Shown here: piece after piece, positions 1 through 11,008 of the stretch
Position numbering within the stretch: position 1 is the stretch's first letter
How the letters are laid out: each line of letters starts with the position of its first letter
NCBI GenBank assembly: GCA_951406725.2
Contig: OX597820.1
Span: 13,330,001-13,394,000, forward strand
DNA: 64,000 bases
Origin: Octopus vulgaris
Taxonomy: Eukaryota
Direction of reading: 5' to 3'
The notes under the pieces: generated by a model
Seen by the model: only the letters and a program-made list of their open reading frames with translations
Database searches by the model: none
Told to the model about the DNA's origin: nothing
Position numbers and translations under genes: made by a program

Positions 1-1087
1 CGACTCCAGTACGCAACTGGTACTTAATTTATCGACCTCCCAAAGGATGAAATGCAAAGTCGGCCTCGGCGGAATATTGAACTCAGAACGTAGACAGACG
101 AAATTCCTATTTCTTTACTACCCACAAGGGGCTAAATACAGAGGGGACAAACAAGGACAGACAAACGGATTAAGTCGACTATATCGACCCCAGTGCGTAA
201 TTGGTACTTAATTTATCGATCCCGAAAGGATGAAAGGCAAAGTCGACCTCGGCGGAATTTGAACTCACAACGTAACAGCAGACGAAATACCGCTAAGCAT
301 AAGCATTTCGCTCGGTGTGCTAACGATTCTGCCAGCTCACCGCGTTTTTTGCAACACTTATATTAAAAGGAGGCTAAAAGCAAATTTAAAGTATTGTTTC
401 AGATATTTAAAACGATAAGATTTTATTTAATTTTTCGTTACCGACTTTTAAAAAGAAAAAAAAACAAACATTTTAAACAGAAGAAAGTTCTTTAAATTCT
501 AACAATATTCAATATATATGCATGAGCCAATTCCAACATTTTCTCTCAATTACACGTTTATCGGTAATACCTAAGAGATATTAAAATGTAATTAAACAAA
601 ACTTGGCCAAGAATCTTGGGTTTATTCCTGGTTTATTTCATTTCATTATACTTGATTATTTTTTGAAATTATGGCAGCGCGCCAGTATTTTCAATTTCTC
701 CTTTCTATCTTTTATTCAATATTTCGTACAACATTAATGTCAATTCTTTCACATATTTTAAATTCTATCTTTTATATATTTGATTTCATGATTTATTTTC
801 CTTCAAATTTCGTAAAAGTGCAAATGTGTGTGACCGATAAATAAGTAAAACATGACTAGGTTATTTGCAAAACGTTTTAATATGAAATTTCCGTTGTTTA
901 GTTCCATTTTAAATTCTGGATTTTTCTCTAATACAAATAAACAGTCGAGGCGAAAAAAGATTTTGAGAAAAATTACTGCGTAGTTATGCTTTACTTATTT
1001 TTCAGTCTTTGAAACACGGGCCATGCTGGGGCATCGACTTGAAGGTTTTCTTTTTTTTTTTTTTTTCTGAGTCTACTACCTAATCTT

Positions 1088-1480
1088 GTGGAGGCGCAAT
1101 GGCCCAGTGGTTAGGGCAGCGGACTCGCGGTCATAGGAACGCGGTTTCGATTCCAAGACCGGGCGTTGTGAGTGTTTATTGAGCGAAAACATCTAAAAAG
1201 CTCCACGAGGCTCCGGCAGGAGATGGTGGTGATCCCTGCTGTACCCTTTCACCACAACTTTCTCTCACTCTTACTTCCTGTTTCTGTTGTACCTGTATTT
1301 CAAGGGGCCGGCCTTGTCACTCTCTGTGTCACGCTGAATATCCCCGAGAACTACGTTAAGGGTGCACGTGTCTGTGGAGTGCTCAGCCACTTACACGTTA
1401 ATTTCACGAGCAGGCTGTTCCGTTGATTCGGATCAACCGGAACCCTCATCGTCGTGACCGACGGAGTGCTTCCATCCATC
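1088..1480 (+). mobile_element. tRNA(Arg-like)-derived SINE, family A (resembles octopus OR-type); more copies at ~13620, 31290, 31715
   Basis: Head GTGGAGGCGCAATGGCCCAGTGGTTAGGGCAGCGGACTCGCGG..GGTTTCGATTCC; tail (TCCA)n; imperfect TSD TAC(C/T)TAATCT. Confidence 0.85.
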
Positions 1481-1825
1481 CATTACTTAATCTGTCCGTG
1501 TCTTTCGCTGAACCGATAAGATACGAGGATGTAAGATTTTATTTAATTTCTCGTTACCGACTATTAAAAAAAACCAAAGAAAATAAAACAGACATCTTAA
1601 ACAGAAGAAAATTCTGAAATATTATGGGAGGTGGGGGCCAGTCGATTATATGAACCCAAGTACGCAGCTGGTACTTAATTTATCGACTCCGAAAGGATGA
1701 AATGCAAAGTCGATCTCGGCGGAATTTGAATTTTGTTTCCTACCACTTCACAAACGGCGTTGTCAACACCGTTTGTTAAGTGGCAGGAGACAAAACACGC
1801 ACACACACACACACACATATATACA

Positions 1826-2038
1826 CCATGTGGTGCTGAAAAGTTCCTGGCTTTCGGTAAAAGAAAATACAGGAGGATCAATTAATTATTCAACATAGTC
1901 CCCCTCTCTGGGTCATACATTTATTGCAGTGGATCTTCATTTTTTTTTGAAGCCTTGTAAAAGAACTCAAAAAGTAAGGCATCCAACCAGGCCTTTCGTG
2001 ATACCCTCAAAACCAGGAACTTTTCAACACCCCCTCGT
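1826..2038. mobile_element. Mariner-derived MITE
   Basis: Inverted termini GGTGCTGAAAAGTTCCTGGCTTT / AAAACCAGGAACTTTTCAACACC; internal TTCAACATAGTCCCC is the reverse complement of mariner C-terminal GDYVE. Confidence 0.72.
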
Positions 2039-2997
2039 GTACGGACACACACACACACACATGAGGGGTACTGAAAATTGTATGTGTGTGTGTGTGTGTA
2101 TATATATATATGGCGAAGTCGCGTGGTTTAGTGGTAAGGTCGTGAGTTCAGTTCCCGGCGACGCGTTGTGTCCTTGAGCAAGACACTTTATTTCACGTTG
2201 CTCCAGTCCACTCAGCTGGCAAAAATAATTTCAAAGGGCCGACCTTGTCACACTCTGTGTCACGCTGAATCTACCCGAGAACTACGTTAACCACACAGCC
2301 ATGACTGCGTCTATAAGCAGAGCAACACAATTTAGCCCTAGATACGAGTACATTGTGTCTCAAAAAGATTATGGGATAATCACAAATGAGATTTTTATTT
2401 AGAAGAGACTTGCTTCATGAAAGCTAACCACCAAACAATTGAATAAAAATGAAAATAAACATTTGCTTCAGCAAAGGAGAAGGACGATAACGAGTAATAA
2501 TTTTGTCTGCGAATCCATTTTAAACTACTTTTATCTGGTTTTAAATTCCTGGATGTATTAACTCAGCTCATGATTTAAGCGAGTTTTCCATTCTAAATAT
2601 TTGTCTCTTCACTTAAAATTTATGTACGTAAAATTTGTACAAGTCTTTGTGATCGTGTGCTACACACACACGCACGCACGCACACACATATGTATCAATG
2701 GATATATTCAATATATATAAACACACATACATACATACATTCTCTGCCGCCTCTCTATGCTCCAAACACGCTACGCTTCATTATCCATTTGAATCAACTC
2801 TTCCATCAATTTCTTTCTGATACCAAACTTCGTAAACTCCAATCACTCTTCCATTCCACCCTACCCGACGCCACTACCCCAACTCCTCCACCACCCTTCT
2901 CCCCTCCCGATAGGCTCCATCCACCCACACCTAACCCCACTGCCCCTCCCTACAACCCCTTCTCCCCTCCCGTTAGGCTCCATCCACCTACACCTAA

Positions 2998-5646
2998 CCC
3001 TACTGCCCCGCCCAACCACCCCCACACACCTCCCCAATCCCTCCCCCTCAGACCTCCACGAGACCTACCACCCCTCCTACTTCTATTCCACCCACCCCTT
3101 CTCCACTTCCGTCTGTTGTTACCATTCCCCCCGATCTTCCCCTCTCTGCGGCTGAACGCTCCGTCCTTGGTAGGGGTCTGCGTTTCATCCCCCTCACTCC
3201 ATCCTGTAAGGAATTCCAGACGCGAGTTGATGTCCACAGCTTTGTGCGCCGTGTCCGGTTGGGTGCGCATTACCACGACTCGCCACCCACACCCAACGAA
3301 GAGGACGACTGCTTCACTGGCCTGGGCCGCCGACCATCCCCGTGGACGCCTGCCCCTGGCCAGATCCTAGCAGTGGATCTTTTCGCGGGCGCTTGTCAGC
3401 GTGCATTGGAGCGGTTCAACTTCTCCAGGCGCCAACGCCGCCTCAACATCTCCCCGGCTGAGCTCTTGGCTCTTCGTTCCCTCCAACGGCGCGCTGACAT
3501 TATCATCAAACCGGCTGACAAGGGTGGAGCTGTAGTGGTGTGGCGCGCGGACCTCTATAGGGCCGAGGCTTTCCGCCAACTCAATGACACCTCCTTCTAT
3601 TCCCCTCTGCCCTCTAACCCCACACGTAGCTACCAACAGACGGTATCCTCTACTGTCCAAGACCTCATCTCGTACTCCCGTCTCCCCCGCACCGCATCCA
3701 ACCTAATTGTGCGAACCCCACGTACCCCCACCATTTACTTCCTCCCCAAAATCCACAAACCCAACAACCCTGGCCGCCCCATCGTCTCCGCCTGTAACTG
3801 CCCCACGGAGCTCATCTCTAAATACCTCGACCGTGTCCTTGCCCCCCTAGTGGCATCTCTTCCCTCCCACATCCACGATACCAACCATGCTCTCCGGCTT
3901 TTCAACTCTTTCTCCTTTCCTCCCGGCTCCTCCAAAATCCTTTTTACTATGGACATCCAAAGCCTCTATACTGTTATCCCTCACCACGAAGGACTGCAGG
4001 CCCTTCGACACTTTCTTGACCTCCGCTCTAACCCTGTACCTGACACCTCCACACTCATTCGTCTGGCCGAACTTGTCCTTACTCTGAACTGCTTCTCGTT
4101 CGCGGGCGAGTTCTACCATCAGGTCTCGGGAGTGGCCATGGGAACGCGAATGGGCCCCAACTATGCGAACCTGTTCGTTGGCTATGTTGAGGCCCAAATA
4201 TTCTCTAATTTCACTGGTCCCACTCCTGAACTATATGGTCGTTATATTGACGACATTATCGGTGCCACCTCACTCTCCCGCGAACATCTAGATTCCTTCC
4301 TCTCTTTCCTCCAATCTTTCCATCCAGCCCTCCACTTCACTTCCACTATCTCCAACACCTCTGTCTCCTTCCTCGACATTTCGGTTAGCATTCTTCACTC
4401 CACTCTTACCACCTCCATTCACTACAAACACACAGACTCACACTCATACCTCAACTTCTCTTCCTCCCACCCAGAACACACCAAGCTTTCCATCCCCTAT
4501 TCCCAATTCCTCCGTCTACGTAGGCTCTGTAGTGACGACCATGACTTTGAGACTCAGTCTCAACGTATGGCTCACCACTTCACCCTACGTGGATACCCCC
4601 TCACCACTATCCACACCGCCCTTGCCAGAGCACGGTCCGTGGACCGTGTATCTGCTCTCTCTCCCCGAACCCGCCCAGTAGTCTCCCGCCTCCCTTTTCC
4701 CCGCACTTACCACCCCACGACCCAACGTCTCCAACGCACCAATCTTCGAGCTTTCCGGCATCTCCAGTCCGACCCGTCCACTTCACACCTCTTCCCTAAC
4801 CGACCCCTCCCCTCTTTCAAACGAGCCCACAACCTTCGAGACCTTTTGGTCCATAGCTCCTTCCCTGACCCTACCTCCCAACCCGGCTCGTTCCCCTGCT
4901 CCCGCCCACGTTGCCGCACTTGCCCTTACCTCTCCAACACCACCCGCCTCACTAGCACCCACCATCGACCCTATCCCATCATCCACTCCTTCACCTGCAC
5001 CTCCAGCAATATTATCTATTGCATCTCTTGCTCTCTCTGCAATTCCTTGTACATCGGACAAACGGGACGCCGCTTGGCTGACCGGTTCGCGGAACACCTT
5101 CGTGACATCCACCTTGCGAACGACACACCGGTCTCACGCCATTTCCGCTCCACCGGTCACTCCTTGCAACACCTATCTGTGTTCGGTTTGTCCTTACACA
5201 GAGGCCATCCGGATTCCCGTTTGCGCCGTGAACAGGAATTAATCTTCTCTCTTCGCTCTTATACGCCATTTGGTCTCAACTCTCCCCCCTCCTCATCTAA
5301 CCCCCTCTCCCCCTCCTCACCTATCCTTTCTCCCCCGACCCCTACTTCTTCAGTCCTTCATCCTTTCACCCCTACTCCCCTTCCCTTCTTCCCTCTTTCT
5401 CCCTCCCTCTTCCCCTTCCCTCTGCTCCCTCACTCCCTCTCTCCCCTTCTCTTCCCCCTCTCCCCCTCTCCCTCTTTCCTCCTTCATCCCCCTCCTCCCC
5501 TTCCTTCTCCCCCATCCTCTCCTCTTCCCCCTTCTCCTCCCCCTCTTCTTCCCCTCCCCTTCTCTCCCCTCTTCTCCCCCTCCCCCCTTCTCCTCACTAC
5601 ACCACATGACTTTACACATCACATCACATATGATGTGCCATACTAA
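2998..5646 (+). CDS. PLE reverse transcriptase-GIY-YIG endonuclease polyprotein (frame open from 2998; N-terminal part in another frame)
   Basis: The frame of ORF 3244 is open back to the TAA at 2995-2997 and contains VVTIPPDLPLSAAERSVLGRGLRFIP, KPADKG, YFLPKIHK..PGRPIVS, MDIQSLYT, QVSGVAMG, RYIDD (YIDD at 4243-4254), FLDI, linker CSRPRCRTC, then IIYCISCSLC..YIGQTGRRLADRFAEH..RHF..H..RREQELI..GLN. Confidence 0.93.
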   Translation, partial: PYCPAQPPPHTSPIPPPQTSTRPTTPPTSIPPTPSPLPSVVTIPPDLPLSAAERSVLGRGLRFIPLTPSCKEFQTRVDVHSFVRRVRLGAHYHDSPPTPNEEDDCFTGLGRRPSPWTPAPGQILAVDLFAGACQRALERFNFSRRQRRLNISPAELLALRSLQRRADIIIKPADKGGAVVVWRADLYRAEAFRQLNDTSFYSPLPSNPTRSYQQTVSSTVQDLISYSRLPRTASNLIVRTPRTPTIYFLPKIHKPNNPGRPIVSACNCPTELISKYLDRVLAPLVASLPSHIHDTNHALRLFNSFSFPPGSSKILFTMDIQSLYTVIPHHEGLQALRHFLDLRSNPVPDTSTLIRLAELVLTLNCFSFAGEFYHQVSGVAMGTRMGPNYANLFVGYVEAQIFSNFTGPTPELYGRYIDDIIGATSLSREHLDSFLSFLQSFHPALHFTSTISNTSVSFLDISVSILHSTLTTSIHYKHTDSHSYLNFSSSHPEHTKLSIPYSQFLRLRRLCSDDHDFETQSQRMAHHFTLRGYPLTTIHTALARARSVDRVSALSPRTRPVVSRLPFPRTYHPTTQRLQRTNLRAFRHLQSDPSTSHLFPNRPLPSFKRAHNLRDLLVHSSFPDPTSQPGSFPCSRPRCRTCPYLSNTTRLTSTHHRPYPIIHSFTCTSSNIIYCISCSLCNSLYIGQTGRRLADRFAEHLRDIHLANDTPVSRHFRSTGHSLQHLSVFGLSLHRGHPDSRLRREQELIFSLRSYTPFGLNSPPSSSNPLSPSSPILSPPTPTSSVLHPFTPTPLPFFPLSPSLFPFPLLPHSLSPLLFPLSPSPSFLLHPPPPLPSPPSSPLPPSPPPLLPLPFSPLFSPSPLLLTTPHDFTHHITYDVPY

Positions 5647-6148
5647 TACACACACCAACTAATACATACTAATACGTACTAATACATACTAGTACATACT
5701 AATACTTACACCAACCCTATACATACACACGTCCAGACCCCGCATACGCACTTATACTCTCTCACACACACACATACACCTATACATACCAATACGTACT
5801 AATACATACTAATACATACTAATACATACACCAACCCCATACATACGCACGTCCAGACCAATCCTACGCACTAATACTCTCTCATACACACACACACACA
5901 CACACACACACCCTTATACATACTAATACATACACCAACCCTATACATACACACATCCAGACCCCTCCCACGCACTTTTAGCTGGTCCCTCAACCCTTTT
6001 ATCAACCCTATTATCTCCCCTTATTTCGCTCTCGCGTCTCATGTTTGATCTTTGACCTCTGGCAGAAATCAGATCGCCATGTTGATTCGTTAGCTACTGC
6101 ACGCATTTTTTTCTGTCCTTCTTTCTGTGTTTTTTTTCTCTCTGTGTA

Positions 6149-6186
6149 TCTTTCTGTTGAAGAGCGTAGGCTCGAAACGTTAAAGA
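6149..6186 (+). ncRNA. Minimal type I hammerhead ribozyme motif (A6U core variant) in the PLE pLTR
   Basis: TCTTT-CTGTTGA-A-GAGC(GTAG)GCTC-GAAA-CG-TT-AAAGA: stem I TCTTT/AAAGA, stem II GAGC/GCTC, palindromic AACGTT stem III region. Confidence 0.75.
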
Positions 6187-6450
6187 CTTGTTTTATTTAT
6201 ATTTCCTGAGCGCCATACTAATACAATTGTTCGTTTGTTTTCCACCTGCCTTCGTCTTTTGTCTATTTTCATAAAGCTTCCCGTTATATATATGTACATA
6301 TGTATGTATATATGTATATATATATATGTATATGTATGTGTATATATTATCTATATTATATCTATCTATATGCATGTATGTATATGTATGTATGTATATA
6401 TATACATACATACATACATGCATACATGTACGTATGTATATATGTATGCT

Positions 6451-6489
<39 letters not shown>

Positions 6490-6900
6490 GTATGTATCTA
6501 TATATATATATATATATATATATATAATCGTATGTATCTATATATATATATATATATATGCATGTATGTATGTATATATACGAGTGTGTGTGTGTACGTT
6601 TATATATATATATATGTGTGTGTGTATGTAGGTATACGTACGTATGTATATATTTATGTGTGTATGTATATTCTGTCGAAGGCCAGCAGGCCGAGGCTTC
6701 AGGGCGACTGTTGTCTCTCTAGAGATTTCACTTGAATCAACATGTGATCTACCAAAATTGGTATTGAGTGATTCTCCAGTTCAAGTGAAACTACTTTTAT
6801 ATGTGACCTGACAATCAATATCTTGTGTTCTTGCGTGTTCTTGTGTGTGTGTGCGCGCGCGCGTGACTGTGTATGTATTGTATGCATATAGGTATATATA

Positions 6901-6971
6901 TCTACTACAGAATAATAAGGCGTTTCAATAGAACATCATTACCCCCGGGAATTACCGGGTACACCAGCTAG
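6901..6971 (+). mobile_element. 71-bp mini-Helitron
   Basis: A|TCTACTAC...CCCGG-GAATTA-CCGGG hairpin...CCAGCTAG|T. Confidence 0.68.
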
Positions 6972-7209
6972 TATATATATATATATATTCTTTGTGTTGT
7001 ATGTCTTGTACTCTGTTTTTTCGTTGTTCGACAAAAGTCCGTTTCCTTGGTCTTGTTTTTATGTTTTTGTTTCTCATTGTGTTCGACGTTTTTTTTTTCT
7101 TTTTTTTTTGGTGTCCTGTACCTATATATGCAAGTATATATACATACAGATGTAGGTAGGTACATATATGTATGTATATATGCATATGTTTTATTTATTA
7201 TTTTGTTAT

Positions 7210-7400
7210 TATATATATATAATATAAATCCGTTCTATCTGTCTGTGTGTGTGTGTCTTCTAGGAACTCGGGCATCCTCCATCCGATTGCACTCAAATTT
7301 GATATGTAAATACCAACGGTATCAGGGCGTGTATATGTCGTGAAAAAAATACAAAAATCGATTCCAGGTGAGAATGCAATAGATAAAGCCGTAGGAACGT
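7210..7400 (+). mobile_element. Possible 5' part of a non-autonomous Helitron
   Basis: TATATATAATATAAAT..TCTGTCTGTGTG..CCGATTGCACTCAAATTTG, an architecture typical of such elements; no 3' end found. Confidence 0.4.
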
Positions 7401-7873
7401 GCATTTGTAAAATCGTTTTTCTTGGAATAGAAAAAAAAGTCTATCTTCATTTCTTCTTTTGCTGGTGTCTCAAATTTAGGTTAAATCAGTGTTTCTCAAA
7501 GTGGAAGCCTATATATATATATATATACACAACGGGTTTGTTTCAGTTTCCGTCTACCAAATCCATTCAAAAGGCTTTGTTCGGCCTGAGGCTATAGTAG
7601 AAGACACCTGCCCAAGGTGCCATGTAGTGGGACTGAACCCGGAACCATGTGGTTGGTAAGCAAGCTACTTACCACACAGTCACTCCTGCGCCTCTGAGCA
7701 GGACATATATAAGCACGTATCTATTTTAATATTTCACTTAGGCCTTGCATAACTAAAATCCTGGCGTAGAACTCAATACTCGTATGTTTCAGAATGTAGT
7801 GTTGGCTGAGTATAGCGCGGCAAAAAGAAAATGAGATAACAAAGAGATGAATCGTTATCTTATGAACTTCAAT

Positions 7874-7956
7874 TGGCTTACAGCTGTTTCTGCTATGAGA
7901 TGTGGTGGACTCGCAGCTCTGTGTTTGGGTAACACCTTATTGCTTCATCGGAGCCA
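7874..7956 (-). ncRNA. Type I hammerhead motif, CCGAUGA core
   Basis: Minus strand TGGCT-CCGATGA-(imperfect long stem II)-GAAAC-AGCT-GTA-AGCCA; perfect 5-bp stem I, palindromic ACAGCTGT, GUA triplet. Confidence 0.72.
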
Positions 7957-8254
7957 CGAAATATGAAGTGCAATTTATTTGAACGATAATTACATTTGTG
8001 CGTGAATTGTAAAGTGCATGTATGTATATTTATGCGTATGTATGTGTGTGTGTTTGTGTGTATGTATGTGTGTGCGTGTGTGCGTGTGTGTACACGCTGA
8101 GAAAGACTTTTTGGAATGTTATTCACTTTTGTTCTTTTTTTGGTGAAACAGAATGACGCGAACCTTCAAAGAAGTTTTTGTATTGTGCGTGCTTTTGTTC
8201 AGCTTTTCTAACACACGCGTTACATATGTCTAATTTTGTGTCTGTGTTTGTATG

Positions 8255-8649
8255 TACGTGCGAGTGTGTATGTGTGCGTACGAGTGTGTGTGTGTGCGTG
8301 CGAGTGTGTGTGTGTGTGTGTGTATTTGCGTGTGTTTACGAGTATGTGTGTATCTGCGTGTGCGTGTCTGTGTGTTTGCGTGTGTGTGTGTTTGCGTATG
8401 TCAGTGTGTGTGTTTGCGAGTATGTGTGTGTGTTTACGAGTATGTGTGTATCTGCGTGTGCGTGTCTGTGTATTTGTGTGTGTGTGTTTGCGTATGTGAG
8501 TGTGTGTGTGTGTGTGTTTGCGTATGTGAGTGTGTGTGCGTGTGTTTGCGAGTATGTGTGCGAGTGTGTGTGTGTGTGTCTGTGTTTGTTGTGCGTGCGT
8601 GTTTGCGAGTATGTGTGTATTTGTGTGCACGCGTCAGTGTGTTTGCGTA

Positions 8650-8717
<68 letters not shown>

Positions 8718-8810
8718 CGTGTGTTTACGAGTATGTGAGTGTTCATGTGTGTGTATGTGTGTGCATATGTGTGTGTGTGTGCGAGTGTGTGTATCTGCCA
8801 GTGTGTTTGG
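8255..8810. repeat. Complex (GT)n-derived minisatellite
   Basis: Recurrent TTTGCGAGTATGTG / TTTACGAGTATGTG units. Confidence 0.9.
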
Positions 8811-9089
8811 GCTTGGAAAATATATACAAATATATACACACGCTATTCTTTTATTGGTTTCAGTCATTGGACCTCGGCCATGCTTGAGCACCGATTTCAA
8901 AGGCTTTAGCCAATAATATCGATCTCTGTGCATAAGACAATCGGGTACGTATCTTACGGATTTCGATTCGTTGCTAAGTGACCACACATAAACAGAACAC
9001 GAGTTTAACTGGTGTAAAAATAAATAAACACCGACAGAATCACAAGCATACACCCACACCAACACCCACTCACATACACACACACACAC

Positions 9090-9124
<35 letters not shown>

Positions 9125-9532
9125 TAACTGATGTATGTATGTGTGTATGTATGTAATGTATGTATGTATAACTGATGTATGTATGTACAAAGGCGGCCAG
9201 CTAGCAGACTCGCTGCCGCACAGGGCAAAATGCATAGTGTATTTCGTCCGTCCTTGCGTTCTGAGTTCAAATTCCGCCGAGGTCGACGTTGCGTGTGAAC
9301 CTTTCGAGCCGTAAAATAATCACCAGTTATACACTAGGGTCGATGTAATGCATTTTCCATCTTCCCGAAATTGCAGGCCTTGTGCCAAAATTTTAAATCA
9401 ATATGTAAGTGAATGTATATATGTGTGTGAGTGTGTGTGTGTGTATGTGTGTGTGTGCATGTGTGTTTATATATATACATGTATAAATATGCATCTATAT
9501 ATGTATGTGTATATATATATATATATATATAC

Positions 9533-9581
<49 letters not shown>

Positions 9582-9582
9582 C

Positions 9583-9630
<48 letters not shown>

Positions 9631-9864
9631 TATTTCTAAATCTCTCTAAAGGAGACTAACTACGGCAGCAGTACTGTATATTAATAGTTATCGTCAAGTT
9701 AACATGTCAGTGCATGAAAATAGGACGAATGTTGCCGTTAATTAGCTTCAAGATTAGCTTTGATTAGCTTTGTGACACACAAATCTGTACTACATGTTAT
9801 TCGCGCCGGAGTTTCCAATAGGAACATTTCAGAGTGTTTGGGTGTCAATCTCAGGACATGTAGC

Positions 9865-10484
9865 AGGAGCAATAAAAATCGAACATCCAGTCAACATCAT
9901 GGTGTTTCCAGTGAACACTTGTGATGGTGACGTTATGCCTCCATACATTTTCCCACACGACCTCAGAGTTGACAGAGAGACCTACATCATGTGGCTGGAG
10001 GAGGTTTTGCTGCCCTGGATGAAGAGGGTGGCTGTTGGAAGAATCTGTCTGACAACAGGACTGTGCCCCATGCCACACAAGCAGGAGAACCCAGCCATGG
10101 CTGTCAGACAATTTCTGCGACCATGTTGCCCCTAACATCTTGCCACTTAACTCCCCAGACTTCAACAAGCTTCATTATTATACGTGGGGTGCAGTTGAGC
10201 GAAAGACCAACATAACTCCTTGTAACACCAAAGATGAACTGAAGGCAATGATCATGGCAGCATTCATCAACTTAAACAAGGAGACCGCCCAGAAGAGTTA
10301 GAAGAGATTCCGAAGTCGTCTGGAGACCGTGGTTGAAGCCAATGGCGATTTTACTGAATAAATTTACTCTTTAGTACTTCAAGATATTTTTATGTAATTT
10401 TGGTAAATATATCTGTTAAAATGAGATGTCAGCGTTATTTTCATTTTTGTGTAATTCAGACGACAGTTTATTCACCGCATCCTA
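9865..10484 (+). pseudogene. Tc1/mariner (maT/DD37D-like) transposase 3' relic with right end
   Basis: HPVNIMVF..DGDVMPPYIFP..LRV..YI..LEEVLLPW; later a decayed QQD.AP.H and PLNSPDFN (WPPNSPD-like); frameshifted; ends ..ACCGCATCC(T)ATA. Confidence 0.8.
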
Positions 10485-10777
10485 TATATATATTGCGAGA
10501 TCTTCATTTTATTTTCTAGAACGAATGGTGCGTTGTCTTGGACAAACATTTCATCTGACGTTGATCTGCGTTCGCTTCGACTCCTGGCACCGTGCACCTG
10601 TTCAAGAAACGTCGACTTGATGAAGAGAGTATGCTAATGTGCGGCACATATATTTGATCACTATAAACAAATCCTTTGTGCAGGTCCTTCTGTAAAAGCT
10701 TGAACACTAAGACATCATCTTCGACGCGAGACATTCACGCACATATATATACATAAGTACCCCACCTATTATATATA

Positions 10778-11008
10778 CGGTGTTCAAAAAGTCTCTTCGC
10801 AGTAAGTATTTAATGGTTTTCGGGCAATTCTTGTACACTGATCCTTTGCTTGCTCCCCAGAAAAAATGTCTGGCGGTGTTCAATCAGGTGATCTTGGTGG
10901 CCAAAGTCCCTTCGAAATAATCCGTTCACCAAAAAACTCTTGAAGTAGCGCCATGGTGACGTGCAGGATGAAAAAAATTCACTGCGGAGAGACGTTTTGA
11001 ACACACTG
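10778..11008 (-). mobile_element. Tc1/mariner MITE retaining a transposase remnant
   Basis: TIRs GGTGTTCAAAAAGTCTCTTCGCAGT / ACTGCGGAGAGACGTTTTGAACAC; minus strand encodes FGERIISKGLWPPRSPD. Confidence 0.8.

Larger units (their letters stand above)
2741..6285 (+). mobile_element. Penelope-like retroelement (probably Neptune-type), 5'-truncated, with 3' pLTR carrying a hammerhead motif; flanked by (TACA)n and (TA)n
   Basis: RT-GIY-YIG ORF, then tandemly repeated 3' sequence (5640-5970), then a pLTR-like segment (~5980-6285) whose 3' part recurs at 36072, 54816 and 62310. It ends ...GCTTCCCGTT|ATATAT. Confidence 0.93.

Noticed and set aside
1088-1165. tRNA gene calls for SINE heads (also 33637-33709)
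   Set aside because: Acceptor stems are not intact and each continues into a repeat body, so these are SINE heads and not tRNA genes.
5640-5970. Regularly spaced repeats suggestive of CRISPR
   Set aside because: Eukaryotic context; spacers are themselves repeated; part of the PLE 3' region.
6673-6705. CTGTCGA-A-GGCC(AGCA)GGCC-GAGG, resembling the A6U hammerhead
   Set aside because: GAAA is replaced by GAGG and there is no stem I; single copy.
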